A stretch of 32,518 nt of DNA from Eubacteriales bacterium (GTDB lineage: Bacteria > Bacillota > Clostridia > Oscillospirales > CAG-272), in NCBI GenBank assembly GCA_045643865.1, contig JAZRFU010000013.1:1-32518 (forward strand), in the 5' to 3' direction. The notes under the pieces were generated by a model. The model was not told the origin of the DNA. It made no database searches and was given only the letters and a program-made list of their open reading frames with translations. Both the position numbers and the translations under genes were made by a program. Shown here in pieces: positions 24,742 to 32,518 of this stretch; the first letter of the stretch is position 1, and each line of letters opens with the position of its first letter.

Positions 24742-25371
24742 ATGAGCAATCTTCATATCGTAGATCATCCGCTGATAGCGCACAAGCTTTCCATTATGAG
24801 AAACAAAAAGACGGGATCAAAGGATTTCCGTGAGCTTCTCAATGAGATCGCAATGCTTATGGGTTATGAGATCACTCGCGATCTGCCCCTTGAAACAATA
24901 ACGATTGAAACACCTATACAAAAGACAACGGCGTACACGGTATCGGGTAAAAAGCTGGCTATCGTGCCCATTCTTCGCGCAGGAATCGGAATGGTGGACG
25001 GACTTCTCAGCTTGGTTCCCGTTGCAAAGGTTGGACATATCGGACTTTACCGCGATCCCGAAACGCATCTTCCTATTGAATACTATTGCAAGCTTCCCGC
25101 AGACATTGAGAACAGAATAGTTGTTCTCGTAGATCCTATGCTGGCAACGGGCGGCTCGGCAGTGGATGCCCTTACCAAGCTCAAAGAGCACGGATGCAAG
25201 AATATCAAGTTTATGTGCCTCGTTGCTGCTCCGGAGGGAGTAAAAAAGGTCATGGACGCGCATCCCGACGTGGATATATTCACCGCGGCGCTTGATGAAA
25301 AGCTCAACGATCATGCGTACATAGTACCCGGACTTGGAGATGCGGGTGACAGAATATTCGGTACACTCTGA
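24742..25371 (+). CDS. upp: Uracil phosphoribosyltransferase
   Basis: 209 aa. Motifs: [20 protein letters not shown] loop [13 protein letters not shown], and C-terminal [16 protein letters not shown]. Confidence 0.95.
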   Translation: MSNLHIVDHPLIAHKLSIMRNKKTGSKDFRELLNEIAMLMGYEITRDLPLETITIETPIQKTTAYTVSGKKLAIVPILRAGIGMVDGLLSLVPVAKVGHIGLYRDPETHLPIEYYCKLPADIENRIVVLVDPMLATGGSAVDALTKLKEHGCKNIKFMCLVAAPEGVKKVMDAHPDVDIFTAALDEKLNDHAYIVPGLGDAGDRIFGTL

Positions 25372-25384
25372 TAGGGTAAATACA

Positions 25385-26386
25385 GTGCAAATACTCAAAA
25401 TAAAAAAGAACGACGCAGGACAGCGGCTTGACAAATTTCTTTCGAAGGCAGTTAAGGGACTTCCTGCGTCGCTTATGTACAAGTATATAAGGACCAAAAA
25501 AATAAAGGTCAACCGTCGCCGCTGTGAGCAAAGCTACGTTTTGCAGGAGGGCGACGAGATACAGTTGTTCATCAGAGAGGAATTTTTTGCCTCTCCCGAG
25601 CGTGATGACGGCGCGCTTGCGCGCATAAATCCCAAGCTTGACGTTGTCTATGAGGATGAAAATATCATCTTGTGTAACAAGCGCCCCGGTGTGCTTGTCC
25701 ACGAGGATGACAGCGCCCGTGATAACACTCTCATAATGCATATAAAGGCATATCTTTATCAAAAGGGCGAATATGACCCTGAGAGTGAGCAGTCATTTGC
25801 TCCCGCGCTGTGTAACCGTATTGACAGAAATACGGGCGGCATCGTTATCGCGGCAAAGAATGCAGAGGCACTTCGCGTCATGAACGAGAAGATAAAGAAT
25901 GATGAGATAAGAAAGTTCTATCTTTGCGCAGTGCACGGCAAAATGACCCAAAAGAGCGATACGCTCACAGGGTATCTAAAAAAGAACAGCGCAAATAATC
26001 TTGTTACGATTTCCGATAAGCAAAAGGACGGATACAAGAATATAATCACCAAATATAAGACGCTTGCGACAAACAGTGAGGCAAGCTTGCTTGAGGTAGA
26101 GCTGGTTACGGGAAGAACGCACCAGATAAGAGCGCATATGGCTCATATCGGGCACGCTTTGCTCGGTGACGGCAAATACGGAATAAACAGAAACGATAAG
26201 ACCAAAGGATATAAATATCAGGCGCTTTATTCGTATCGCTTGGTGTTCGATTTTGGCAAGGATAACGGATATTTGGGTTATCTGTCGGGAAAGCAGGTCA
26301 ATATCGATCCCGACGGAGTATGGTTCTTGGAGGACTTTCCGTCGGCAATCGGAATAGTGACAAAAATTATAAATTCAAGCCGATAA
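25385..26386 (+). CDS. RluA-family pseudouridine synthase with N-terminal S4 domain (RluC/RluD-like)
   Basis: Preferred start is GTG at 25385 (AGGG 8 nt upstream). This gives (M)QILKIKKNDAGQRLDKFL, a typical S4 N-terminus. Alternative starts at TTG 25334 or ATG 25340 overlap upp and lack a spaced RBS. The catalytic motif is NRIDRNTGG, followed by GRTHQIRAH. Confidence 0.75.
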   Translation: MQILKIKKNDAGQRLDKFLSKAVKGLPASLMYKYIRTKKIKVNRRRCEQSYVLQEGDEIQLFIREEFFASPERDDGALARINPKLDVVYEDENIILCNKRPGVLVHEDDSARDNTLIMHIKAYLYQKGEYDPESEQSFAPALCNRIDRNTGGIVIAAKNAEALRVMNEKIKNDEIRKFYLCAVHGKMTQKSDTLTGYLKKNSANNLVTISDKQKDGYKNIITKYKTLATNSEASLLEVELVTGRTHQIRAHMAHIGHALLGDGKYGINRNDKTKGYKYQALYSYRLVFDFGKDNGYLGYLSGKQVNIDPDGVWFLEDFPSAIGIVTKIINSSR

Positions 26387-26413
26387 GCAAAAGCAGAGAA
26401 AGGGGGGCTTTTA

Positions 26414-28003
26414 ATGATATCAATAAACCGTAAATTGAGGATAATTGTGCTTGTAATAAGCGGAATCGTAACGTCAATGGCACTTGTAGTCCCCCAAATT
26501 GGATTTGTGCAGTGGGTGTCAATTATTCCTGCCGCACTCGTGCTTATGGATATTGCCTCTGACAGAGAAATAAAGTACAGAAAGATATACGGATACGGTC
26601 TGTGCTTCTTTATGAGCTATTATTTGGTCATATATCATTGGTTTTGGTATATGTATCCGCTTGATTTTGCAGGACTTGACGAGCTTGCCTCGCTTGCCGT
26701 AGTCTGCGTGGCGTGGATAGGACTTTCCATGATCCAAGCGGTTGGAAGTGCATTTGTTTTCGTGCTGTTTGCCCTGACAGCACGCCTTGCAATATTCAGC
26801 AAGCAAAAAATATTTATGCCGATTATGGCGGCGGCAATATGGTCTGTTGGAGAATGGGCACAGACTATCGGTTGGTGGGGCGTTCCGTGGGGACGGCTCT
26901 GTCTTGGACAAACCAATTCTTTGATATTGCTCCGAAGCGCGTCCGTATTAGGTCCTTATTTTGTGACATTTATCATAGTTGCTGTTAACTTTTATCTTGC
27001 ATACGCTATATCGTGTAAGGAAAGAAGACGTATTGCCTATGTATGTGCGATATGTATATTTTGTATCAATGTGGCGCTTGGCACACTCGTTACTCTGACT
27101 TATAAAAACGAGGGTGAACCGGTCAAGGTGGCGGCGGTGCAGGGGAATATCTCATCCACGGATAAGTGGAGCGGAGGAGCCGACAAGATATTGGAAATAC
27201 ATGCCAAATATACAAGAGAAGCGGCCAATGACGGCGCCAAGGTTGTAGTGTGGTCGGAAACGGCACTTCCATATAACTTCTTCAAAAATGAATATATCCA
27301 TACGTTTGTGTCTGATCTGGCAAGAGAGTGTAACGTTACTATACTGGTATCCACCTTTACGGAATATCAGAATACGTCGTGGCAGCTCCGAAACTCACTG
27401 ATAGCAGTACACCCCGACGGCACCTTTGGAGAAGAAATGTATTTTAAGCAGAGATTAGTTCCTTTTGGAGAATTTGTGCCCATGAGAGAATTGATCGAGG
27501 TGCTTATTCCGCCTCTGACCGAGATAGGAATGCTCCAAGAGGATCTTATCGCAGGGGAAGAGAGCACGGTTCTCGAAACTAACGAGGGGATTTTCGGCTG
27601 CGGCATCTGCTTTGACTCGATATACGAGGATATTATAAGAGAATCGACTCTTGGTGGTGCGCAAGTAATTGCTATATCCACCAATGACTCGTGGTTTGCC
27701 GACTCTGCGGCGCTTTATATGCATAACTCACAGTCGGTACTGAGAGCGATCGAGAACGGCAGATACGTGGTTCGCTCCGCCAATACGGGTATATCATCTA
27801 TCATTGATCCAATGGGAAATATTAAATCGTCTCTTTCCGCCAACCAAGAGGGAGTCATTGTAGATGAGGTGTATATGCGTGATAATTTGACCGTGTATAC
27901 AATTATAGGAAACGTCTTTATTTATATATGTATTGTCGTAATTTGTGCCGCGTTATGCGCAGAATTTATGGTAAAATGCGCTCGCAGATCGAGGAAATTA
28001 TAA
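26414..28003 (+). CDS. lnt: Apolipoprotein N-acyltransferase homologue
   Basis: 529 aa. A polytopic N-terminal domain is followed by a CN-hydrolase domain with the E-K-C triad in context (VVWSETALP, FKQRLVPFGEFVP, GCGICFDSIYED). Also present are AISTNDSWF, RSANTGISSIIDPMG and a C-terminal TM helix. Confidence 0.75.
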   Translation: MISINRKLRIIVLVISGIVTSMALVVPQIGFVQWVSIIPAALVLMDIASDREIKYRKIYGYGLCFFMSYYLVIYHWFWYMYPLDFAGLDELASLAVVCVAWIGLSMIQAVGSAFVFVLFALTARLAIFSKQKIFMPIMAAAIWSVGEWAQTIGWWGVPWGRLCLGQTNSLILLRSASVLGPYFVTFIIVAVNFYLAYAISCKERRRIAYVCAICIFCINVALGTLVTLTYKNEGEPVKVAAVQGNISSTDKWSGGADKILEIHAKYTREAANDGAKVVVWSETALPYNFFKNEYIHTFVSDLARECNVTILVSTFTEYQNTSWQLRNSLIAVHPDGTFGEEMYFKQRLVPFGEFVPMRELIEVLIPPLTEIGMLQEDLIAGEESTVLETNEGIFGCGICFDSIYEDIIRESTLGGAQVIAISTNDSWFADSAALYMHNSQSVLRAIENGRYVVRSANTGISSIIDPMGNIKSSLSANQEGVIVDEVYMRDNLTVYTIIGNVFIYICIVVICAALCAEFMVKCARRSRKL

Positions 28004-28011
28004 ATTGCATA

Positions 28012-28040
28012 TTGACAAAATTGCCCAAAAAGTATATAAT
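28012..28040 (+). promoter_or_regulatory. Sigma-A-type promoter for the small lipoprotein gene
   Basis: TTGACA (28012-28017), 17-bp spacer, TATAAT (28035-28040). It begins 9 nt after the lnt stop. Confidence 0.6.
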
Positions 28041-28070
28041 ATACTCAATGATATGAAAGGAGACTTTATC

Positions 28071-28442
28071 ATGAAAAACACTATCATTAAAATTTTTGCA
28101 CTCACACTCGTTGTTGTTCTTGCATGCGCAGTACTCGTTTCTTGCGGAAAGACACTTTCCGGTGAATATACTGCATCATTAGGTGACACAAGCATTGCCG
28201 GAACCAAGACCACTTATAAGTTCTCCGGTAAGAATGTAACTATAACCAACGTTTCCGGTTTGGCAGGTTTTGAAAAGACCACTACCTTTGAGGGAACTTA
28301 CGAGATCACCGAAGAAGACGGCAAGGAATATATAACCTTCACATTTGAGGACAAAGGGGCAAATGAGTACAACCAGAAGGCATTGTTTGCTGAAACTGAA
28401 GACGGTATCAAGATCAACGGTATCGAGTTCAAGAAGAAATAA
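28071..28442 (+). CDS. Small lipoprotein of unknown function (123 aa)
   Basis: ATG at 28071, with AAAGGAG at 28056-28062. The signal peptide MKNTIIKIFALTLVVVLACAVLVSC has a canonical lipobox LVSC. The mature part is beta-rich and T/E/G-rich (TTFEGTYEITEEDGKEYITFTFED). Confidence 0.7.
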   Translation: MKNTIIKIFALTLVVVLACAVLVSCGKTLSGEYTASLGDTSIAGTKTTYKFSGKNVTITNVSGLAGFEKTTTFEGTYEITEEDGKEYITFTFEDKGANEYNQKALFAETEDGIKINGIEFKKK

Positions 28443-28484
28443 TTCAGGACGAATTTATAAATAGTCCGATGACAAAAAGTTTTT

Positions 28485-28516
28485 AAAAAGCGGCGTGGGT
28501 ATCCACGTCGCTTTTT
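28485..28516 (+). terminator. Intrinsic terminator after the lipoprotein gene
   Basis: Stem AAAAAGCGGCGTGG (28485-28498) / CCACGTCGCTTTTT (28503-28516) with one G-U pair. The loop is GTAT. Confidence 0.75.
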
Positions 28517-28562
28517 GTGATGAAGCTGATAAACGTATCTATATTTTGTTTTGCAAAAGCAC

Positions 28563-28591
28563 TTTACAAAAGCTGTGTAAGATGATATAAT
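28563..28591 (+). promoter_or_regulatory. Sigma-A-type promoter for dxs
   Basis: TTTACA (28563-28568), 17-bp spacer, TGaTATAAT (28583-28591). Confidence 0.55.
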
Positions 28592-28638
28592 ATAATTTGG
28601 AGTATTTTATATTTTGTATAGGAAAGGAGATCGTTGTT

Positions 28639-30555
28639 ATGGACAAAAATAATCCTAACGGTTACAAATATCTGAATAACATACGTTCTCCCGAGGACGT
28701 TAAGAGCATTAGCTCCAAAGAGATGGAGGCACTGTGCGCGGAAATACGCGATTGTATAATAGAAACCTCGCTCAAAAACGGAGGCCATCTTGCATCCAAT
28801 CTTGGTGTGGTGGAGCTTTCGGTTGCAATACACAGAGTTTTTGACTGCCCCCGCGATCATATAATTTTTGACGTTGGACACCAGAGCTATGCTCACAAGC
28901 TGCTTACGGGCAGATACGAGCAATTCGGCACGCTTCGTCAAACGGGCGGACTGTCGGGATTCACCAACCGTGCTGAAAGTGAATATGATTGCTTTGGCGC
29001 GGGCCATAGCTCAACCAGCTTGTCCGCGGCGCTGGGATTTGCGGAAGCGGATCGCTTGTCGGGAAGTGACGCGTATACGGTCGTAGTACTCGGCGACGGC
29101 GCGTTCACGGGTGGTATGATACACGAGGCGCTCAACAACTGCAACAAGCAGCTTTCGCGACTTATTATCGTGCTTAATGAAAATGAGATGTCTATATCCA
29201 AGAATATAGGTCGATTCGCAAACAGCTTGGCAAATCTGCGCAAAAAAAGCGGATATTTGAAGGCAAAGCGGTTTACCATTTCGTTTATAAAAAAGATACC
29301 TCTTGTAGGTAAGGGAATTTTCCGTCTTATCAGGGCTATTAAAAAGTCCGTAAAGAACGCGCTTTACGGTAGTAATTATTTCGAGGATATGGGGCTTTAT
29401 TATCTCGGTCCTATTGACGGAAATGATTATGAGAGTGTCGAATCGCTCCTTACCGCCGCTAAAAATGCGGGTGAGAACGTGCTTGTGCATATAAAGACCC
29501 AAAAGGGTAAGGGATATGACCTCGCAGAGCAAAATCCCAATCATTATCACGGAATCCAGCCGATTGACAAGGAAATTTCGCCCACCAGCTATTCGTACGA
29601 ATTTGGTAAAGCCATTTGTGAGATGGGAGCTGATGATGACAAGATCTGCGCGATAACCGCGGCTATGAGCTCGGGCACAGGGCTTGATGATTTTGCAAAA
29701 ACATACAAGGATAGATTTTTCGACGTCGGAATTGCGGAGGAGCATGCGGTAACGTTTGCGGCAGGACTTGCGGCAAGTGGATACAAGCCCGTGTTTGCGG
29801 TATATTCTACGTTTTTGCAGAGAAGCTACGACCAGATGATACACGACGTAGCGCTTCAGAATCTGCCTGTGACGTTCTGCATAGACAGAGCCGGATTTAA
29901 TAATGCCGACGGAGCGACTCATCACGGTATCTTTGACGTAGCGTTTATGTCGCAGATAAACGGCATGAAAATATATACCCCCGCTACGTACGACGTTCTT
30001 GTACGTTCACTTTATGAGGCGGTAAATTCCAATTCTCCGTGCGCTATCCGTTATCCGAGCGGAAGCGAGGAAGCAATAATTAAGGATACGTTTTATAACG
30101 GCGAAAGCTCGGGAAGCATAGGAATAAGATGTGACTTTGATGGCAAGATTGACGTGCTTATCGTAACGCACGGACGTATCGCAAAAGAGTGCATAAAGGC
30201 AAAGACAATGCTTGCCGAAAAGGGAATTTGCGTGGGAATAGCGTTGTGTGAATTCGTGTCTCCCTACGATCAGCTCGCCGAGCTTGTCGGAGAGGTGACC
30301 TTGCAAGCAAAGCCCTCTGCGATACTGTTTGTCGAGGAGGAGATCAAGGCGGGCGGCTTTGGAATGCTTTTGTCGGAGCAGATGCGCAAGCGCGGAATGC
30401 TCGATGATATAAGGTACGATATTATGGGTGCGGAAAACGCCTTTGTAAAGTGCAATGTGGGACAGACGTATATTGAAGCATCGCATCTTGACGGCGAGAG
30501 TATTGCCAAGGTGTCACTTGGACTTGCCCCAACATACAAGGAGCTGAAGATATGA
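28639..30555 (+). CDS. dxs: 1-deoxy-D-xylulose-5-phosphate synthase
   Basis: ATG at 28639, with GGAAAGGAGA at 28621-28630. Motifs: GGHLASNLGVVELSVAIHRVFD, DVGHQSYAHKLLTGR and the TPP motif LGDGAFTGGMIHEALNN. Confidence 0.95.
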   Translation: MDKNNPNGYKYLNNIRSPEDVKSISSKEMEALCAEIRDCIIETSLKNGGHLASNLGVVELSVAIHRVFDCPRDHIIFDVGHQSYAHKLLTGRYEQFGTLRQTGGLSGFTNRAESEYDCFGAGHSSTSLSAALGFAEADRLSGSDAYTVVVLGDGAFTGGMIHEALNNCNKQLSRLIIVLNENEMSISKNIGRFANSLANLRKKSGYLKAKRFTISFIKKIPLVGKGIFRLIRAIKKSVKNALYGSNYFEDMGLYYLGPIDGNDYESVESLLTAAKNAGENVLVHIKTQKGKGYDLAEQNPNHYHGIQPIDKEISPTSYSYEFGKAICEMGADDDKICAITAAMSSGTGLDDFAKTYKDRFFDVGIAEEHAVTFAAGLAASGYKPVFAVYSTFLQRSYDQMIHDVALQNLPVTFCIDRAGFNNADGATHHGIFDVAFMSQINGMKIYTPATYDVLVRSLYEAVNSNSPCAIRYPSGSEEAIIKDTFYNGESSGSIGIRCDFDGKIDVLIVTHGRIAKECIKAKTMLAEKGICVGIALCEFVSPYDQLAELVGEVTLQAKPSAILFVEEEIKAGGFGMLLSEQMRKRGMLDDIRYDIMGAENAFVKCNVGQTYIEASHLDGESIAKVSLGLAPTYKELKI

Positions 30556-32518
30556 GCTTTAACGAAAAAACTCTTAACTCGCTTGAGTTTAATAAAATAT
30601 GTGATATGCTCGCGCAGCACGCTACGACGGATGGAGCTAAAAGCATGGCAAAAATGCTTATGCCGTCCGACGATATAGACGTGGTAATGCTCCGCCAGAG
30701 AAGAACGACCGATGCCAAGCGCCTTTGCGATGCAAAGGGAATGCCGTCTTTTGGGGGAGTGCGCGACGTGTCCGAATCGTGCGAGCGCGCAGACAAGGGC
30801 GCCACGTTGACCCCGGGAGAGCTTTTGGCGGTTGCGGGAGTGTTGCGCACGTCACGCTCACTTATAGATTACTGTCACGGTAATCACCTTTTTGATACCG
30901 TGCTTGACGAGATATTTGACCGTCTGATGCCGGGCAGAACACTTGAGGACAGAATAAGCCGTTCTATTATTTCGGAGGAGCTTATCGCGGACGAGGCGTC
31001 GGATACTTTGGCAAATATCCGCAGGCAGATCAGAATAACCAATAACAAAATAAAAGAAACCCTGCAAAAATACGTGCAGGGCGGCTCTCATTCCAAATAT
31101 TTGCAGGAAAATATCGTAACGACAAGAAACGGACGCTACGTTATTCCCGTAAAGGCGGAATGCAGGAACGAGATCAAAGGACTTGTCCACGATACCTCGT
31201 CATCGGGTGCGACCATATTTGTCGAGCCGACGGCGGTGGTCGAGGCGAATAACGAGCTGCGCGTCCTTGAATCCAAGGAGGAGCACGAGATCGAGAGAAT
31301 ACTCGCCGAGCTTTCGGCGGCGGTGTCGGAAAGCTCAAATGCTATCTGGCTCAATTATCGCAATATAACCGAGCTGGCGTTTTACTTTGCCTGTGCGCAG
31401 ATGTCGTACGCCGTAAACGGATGTGCTCCTACGGTCACGGATGAGCGTATCATAGAGCTTAAACGTGCGCGCCATCCGCTGATAGATAAAAGTCGCGTGG
31501 TGCCCATAAATGTGTCGCTCGGTGATGGATACGACACTATGATAATAACCGGCCCCAACACAGGCGGTAAGACCGTAACCCTTAAAACCATAGGGCTTTT
31601 CGTTCTTATGGCTCAAGCGGGCTTGCATATTCCCACAGACGAGGGAAGCATTATATGCGTGTGCGACAACGTGCTTGTCGATATAGGTGACGAGCAGAGC
31701 ATAGAGCAGTCGCTCTCAACGTTCTCCTCGCATATGGTCAATATAGTTTCGTTTATCGGTGCGGTAGGCAATCGCTCGCTCGTGCTTTTCGACGAGCTTG
31801 GCGTGGGAACAGACCCCGTTGAGGGAGCGGCTCTCGCCGTTTCCATAATTGACCACGTAAGAAGCAAGGGCGCTATGTGTGCGGCTACCACTCACTATGC
31901 CGAGCTAAAAGCATATGCGCTCGATACCGAGGGCGTGTGCAACGCATCCTGCGAATTTGACGTTGAAACGCTCAAACCCACGTATAAGCTGATAATAGGC
32001 ACACCGGGTAAGTCAAACGCGTTTGCAATATCCGAAAAGCTGGGATTACCGCGCGAGATAATAGACGGAGCGGAGAACTACGTCAGCAGTGACAACAGAA
32101 AATTCGAGGACATTATAGGTCAGCTTGAAAAAACGCGCATCGAGATGGAGCGCAACCGTGAGGAAACGGAATCTATGCGCCGTGACTATGAGAGATTCAA
32201 GGCGGAGGCGGAAAAGACCATAAACAAACGCCTTGTCGAGTCCGAGCGAGAGCTTGAAAAATCAAGACAAAAGGCGGCGTCTATGGTGGCAAGCGCAAAG
32301 GCGTCGAGCGACTTTATTTTAGAGCAGATGGATAAGGTAAAAAAGGCGAGGGACTCCGAAAAGCTTGGTGACGAGATAACCCGTGCAAGACGCGCCGTGC
32401 GCGAGCATATGCGCGATAACGCCGAAAAACACGACCCCGTAGAGAATAAGCGCGACGAGCATTACGTCCTGCCCAGAAAGCTTAAAAAGTGCGACGAGGT
32501 CATAATAATGACACTCGG
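30552..32518 (+). CDS. mutS2: Endonuclease MutS2 (5' portion; runs off the window end)
   Basis: Not in the supplied ORF track because there is no stop codon in the window. My hand translation is open from ATG 30552 to base 32518 (655 codons). The ATG overlaps the dxs stop as ATGA. Motifs: N-terminus MSFNEKTLNSLEFNKI, Walker A GPNTGGKT (31551-31574), Walker B LFDELGVGTDPVEGAAL, TTHY, then a K/E/R-rich coiled coil. Confidence 0.9.
   Translation, partial: MSFNEKTLNSLEFNKICDMLAQHATTDGAKSMAKMLMPSDDIDVVMLRQRRTTDAKRLCDAKGMPSFGGVRDVSESCERADKGATLTPGELLAVAGVLRTSRSLIDYCHGNHLFDTVLDEIFDRLMPGRTLEDRISRSIISEELIADEASDTLANIRRQIRITNNKIKETLQKYVQGGSHSKYLQENIVTTRNGRYVIPVKAECRNEIKGLVHDTSSSGATIFVEPTAVVEANNELRVLESKEEHEIERILAELSAAVSESSNAIWLNYRNITELAFYFACAQMSYAVNGCAPTVTDERIIELKRARHPLIDKSRVVPINVSLGDGYDTMIITGPNTGGKTVTLKTIGLFVLMAQAGLHIPTDEGSIICVCDNVLVDIGDEQSIEQSLSTFSSHMVNIVSFIGAVGNRSLVLFDELGVGTDPVEGAALAVSIIDHVRSKGAMCAATTHYAELKAYALDTEGVCNASCEFDVETLKPTYKLIIGTPGKSNAFAISEKLGLPREIIDGAENYVSSDNRKFEDIIGQLEKTRIEMERNREETESMRRDYERFKAEAEKTINKRLVESERELEKSRQKAASMVASAKASSDFILEQMDKVKKARDSEKLGDEITRARRAVREHMRDNAEKHDPVENKRDEHYVLPRKLKKCDEVIIMTL

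Noticed and set aside
30007-31891. A cluster of minus-strand ORFs (30007-30486, 30270-30620, 30422-30850, 30658-30861, 30858-31190, 31136-31354, 31335-31628, 31382-31591, 31613-31891). These are the only track entries over the last 2 kb.
   Set aside because: The plus strand here encodes the end of dxs and an open MutS2 frame with canonical motifs. The minus ORFs are short, mutually overlapping, low-complexity, and have no start signals.
1-32518. Search for mobile elements, CRISPR arrays, tRNA/rRNA genes, toxin-antitoxin pairs or defence islands
   Set aside because: Intergenic regions are short, with the largest about 260 bp. All of them are accounted for by promoters, leaders and terminators. 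No long direct or inverted repeats, no integrase- or transposase-like ORFs, and no cloverleaf-capable segments were seen. The window reads as core chromosome.

Overview
This is a dense, mostly housekeeping chromosomal segment. It probably comes from a moderate-GC, spore-forming anaerobic Firmicute (Clostridia-like). That placement is an inference from the Prp-processed L27 propeptide, a CwlD-like amidase, rubrerythrin, a UPF0597 cysteine desulfidase, and the argR-recN and rpsF-ssb-rpsR gene orders. I call 34 protein-coding genes, two of them cut by the window edges. One, MutS2 at 30552-32518, is missing from the supplied ORF track because it has no stop codon inside the window. Start codons of several track ORFs were moved downstream to sites with a Shine-Dalgarno sequence and a family-typical N-terminus. 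I found 17 sigma-A-type promoters, all with a 17-bp spacer and 10 with a TGn extended -10. I also found about 11 intrinsic terminators (4 bidirectional between convergent genes) and three candidate ribosomal-protein leader RNAs. I see no tRNA or rRNA genes, CRISPR arrays, transposases, integrases, prophage genes or recognisable defence genes. I do not find a convincing multi-gene novel system. The best leads are single genes or gene pairs of unknown function embedded among core genes: (1) a Cys-rich mini ThyX-fold protein with a degenerate thymidylate-synthase signature; (2) a Cys-rich protein with DDAH/pentein-like modules tightly linked to a SAM methyltransferase; (3) an Lnt homologue with an intact catalytic triad, unexpected in a Firmicute, next to a small lipoprotein; (4) a degenerate ROK-like protein. 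All family assignments come from reading motifs by eye and from memory. No database search was run.
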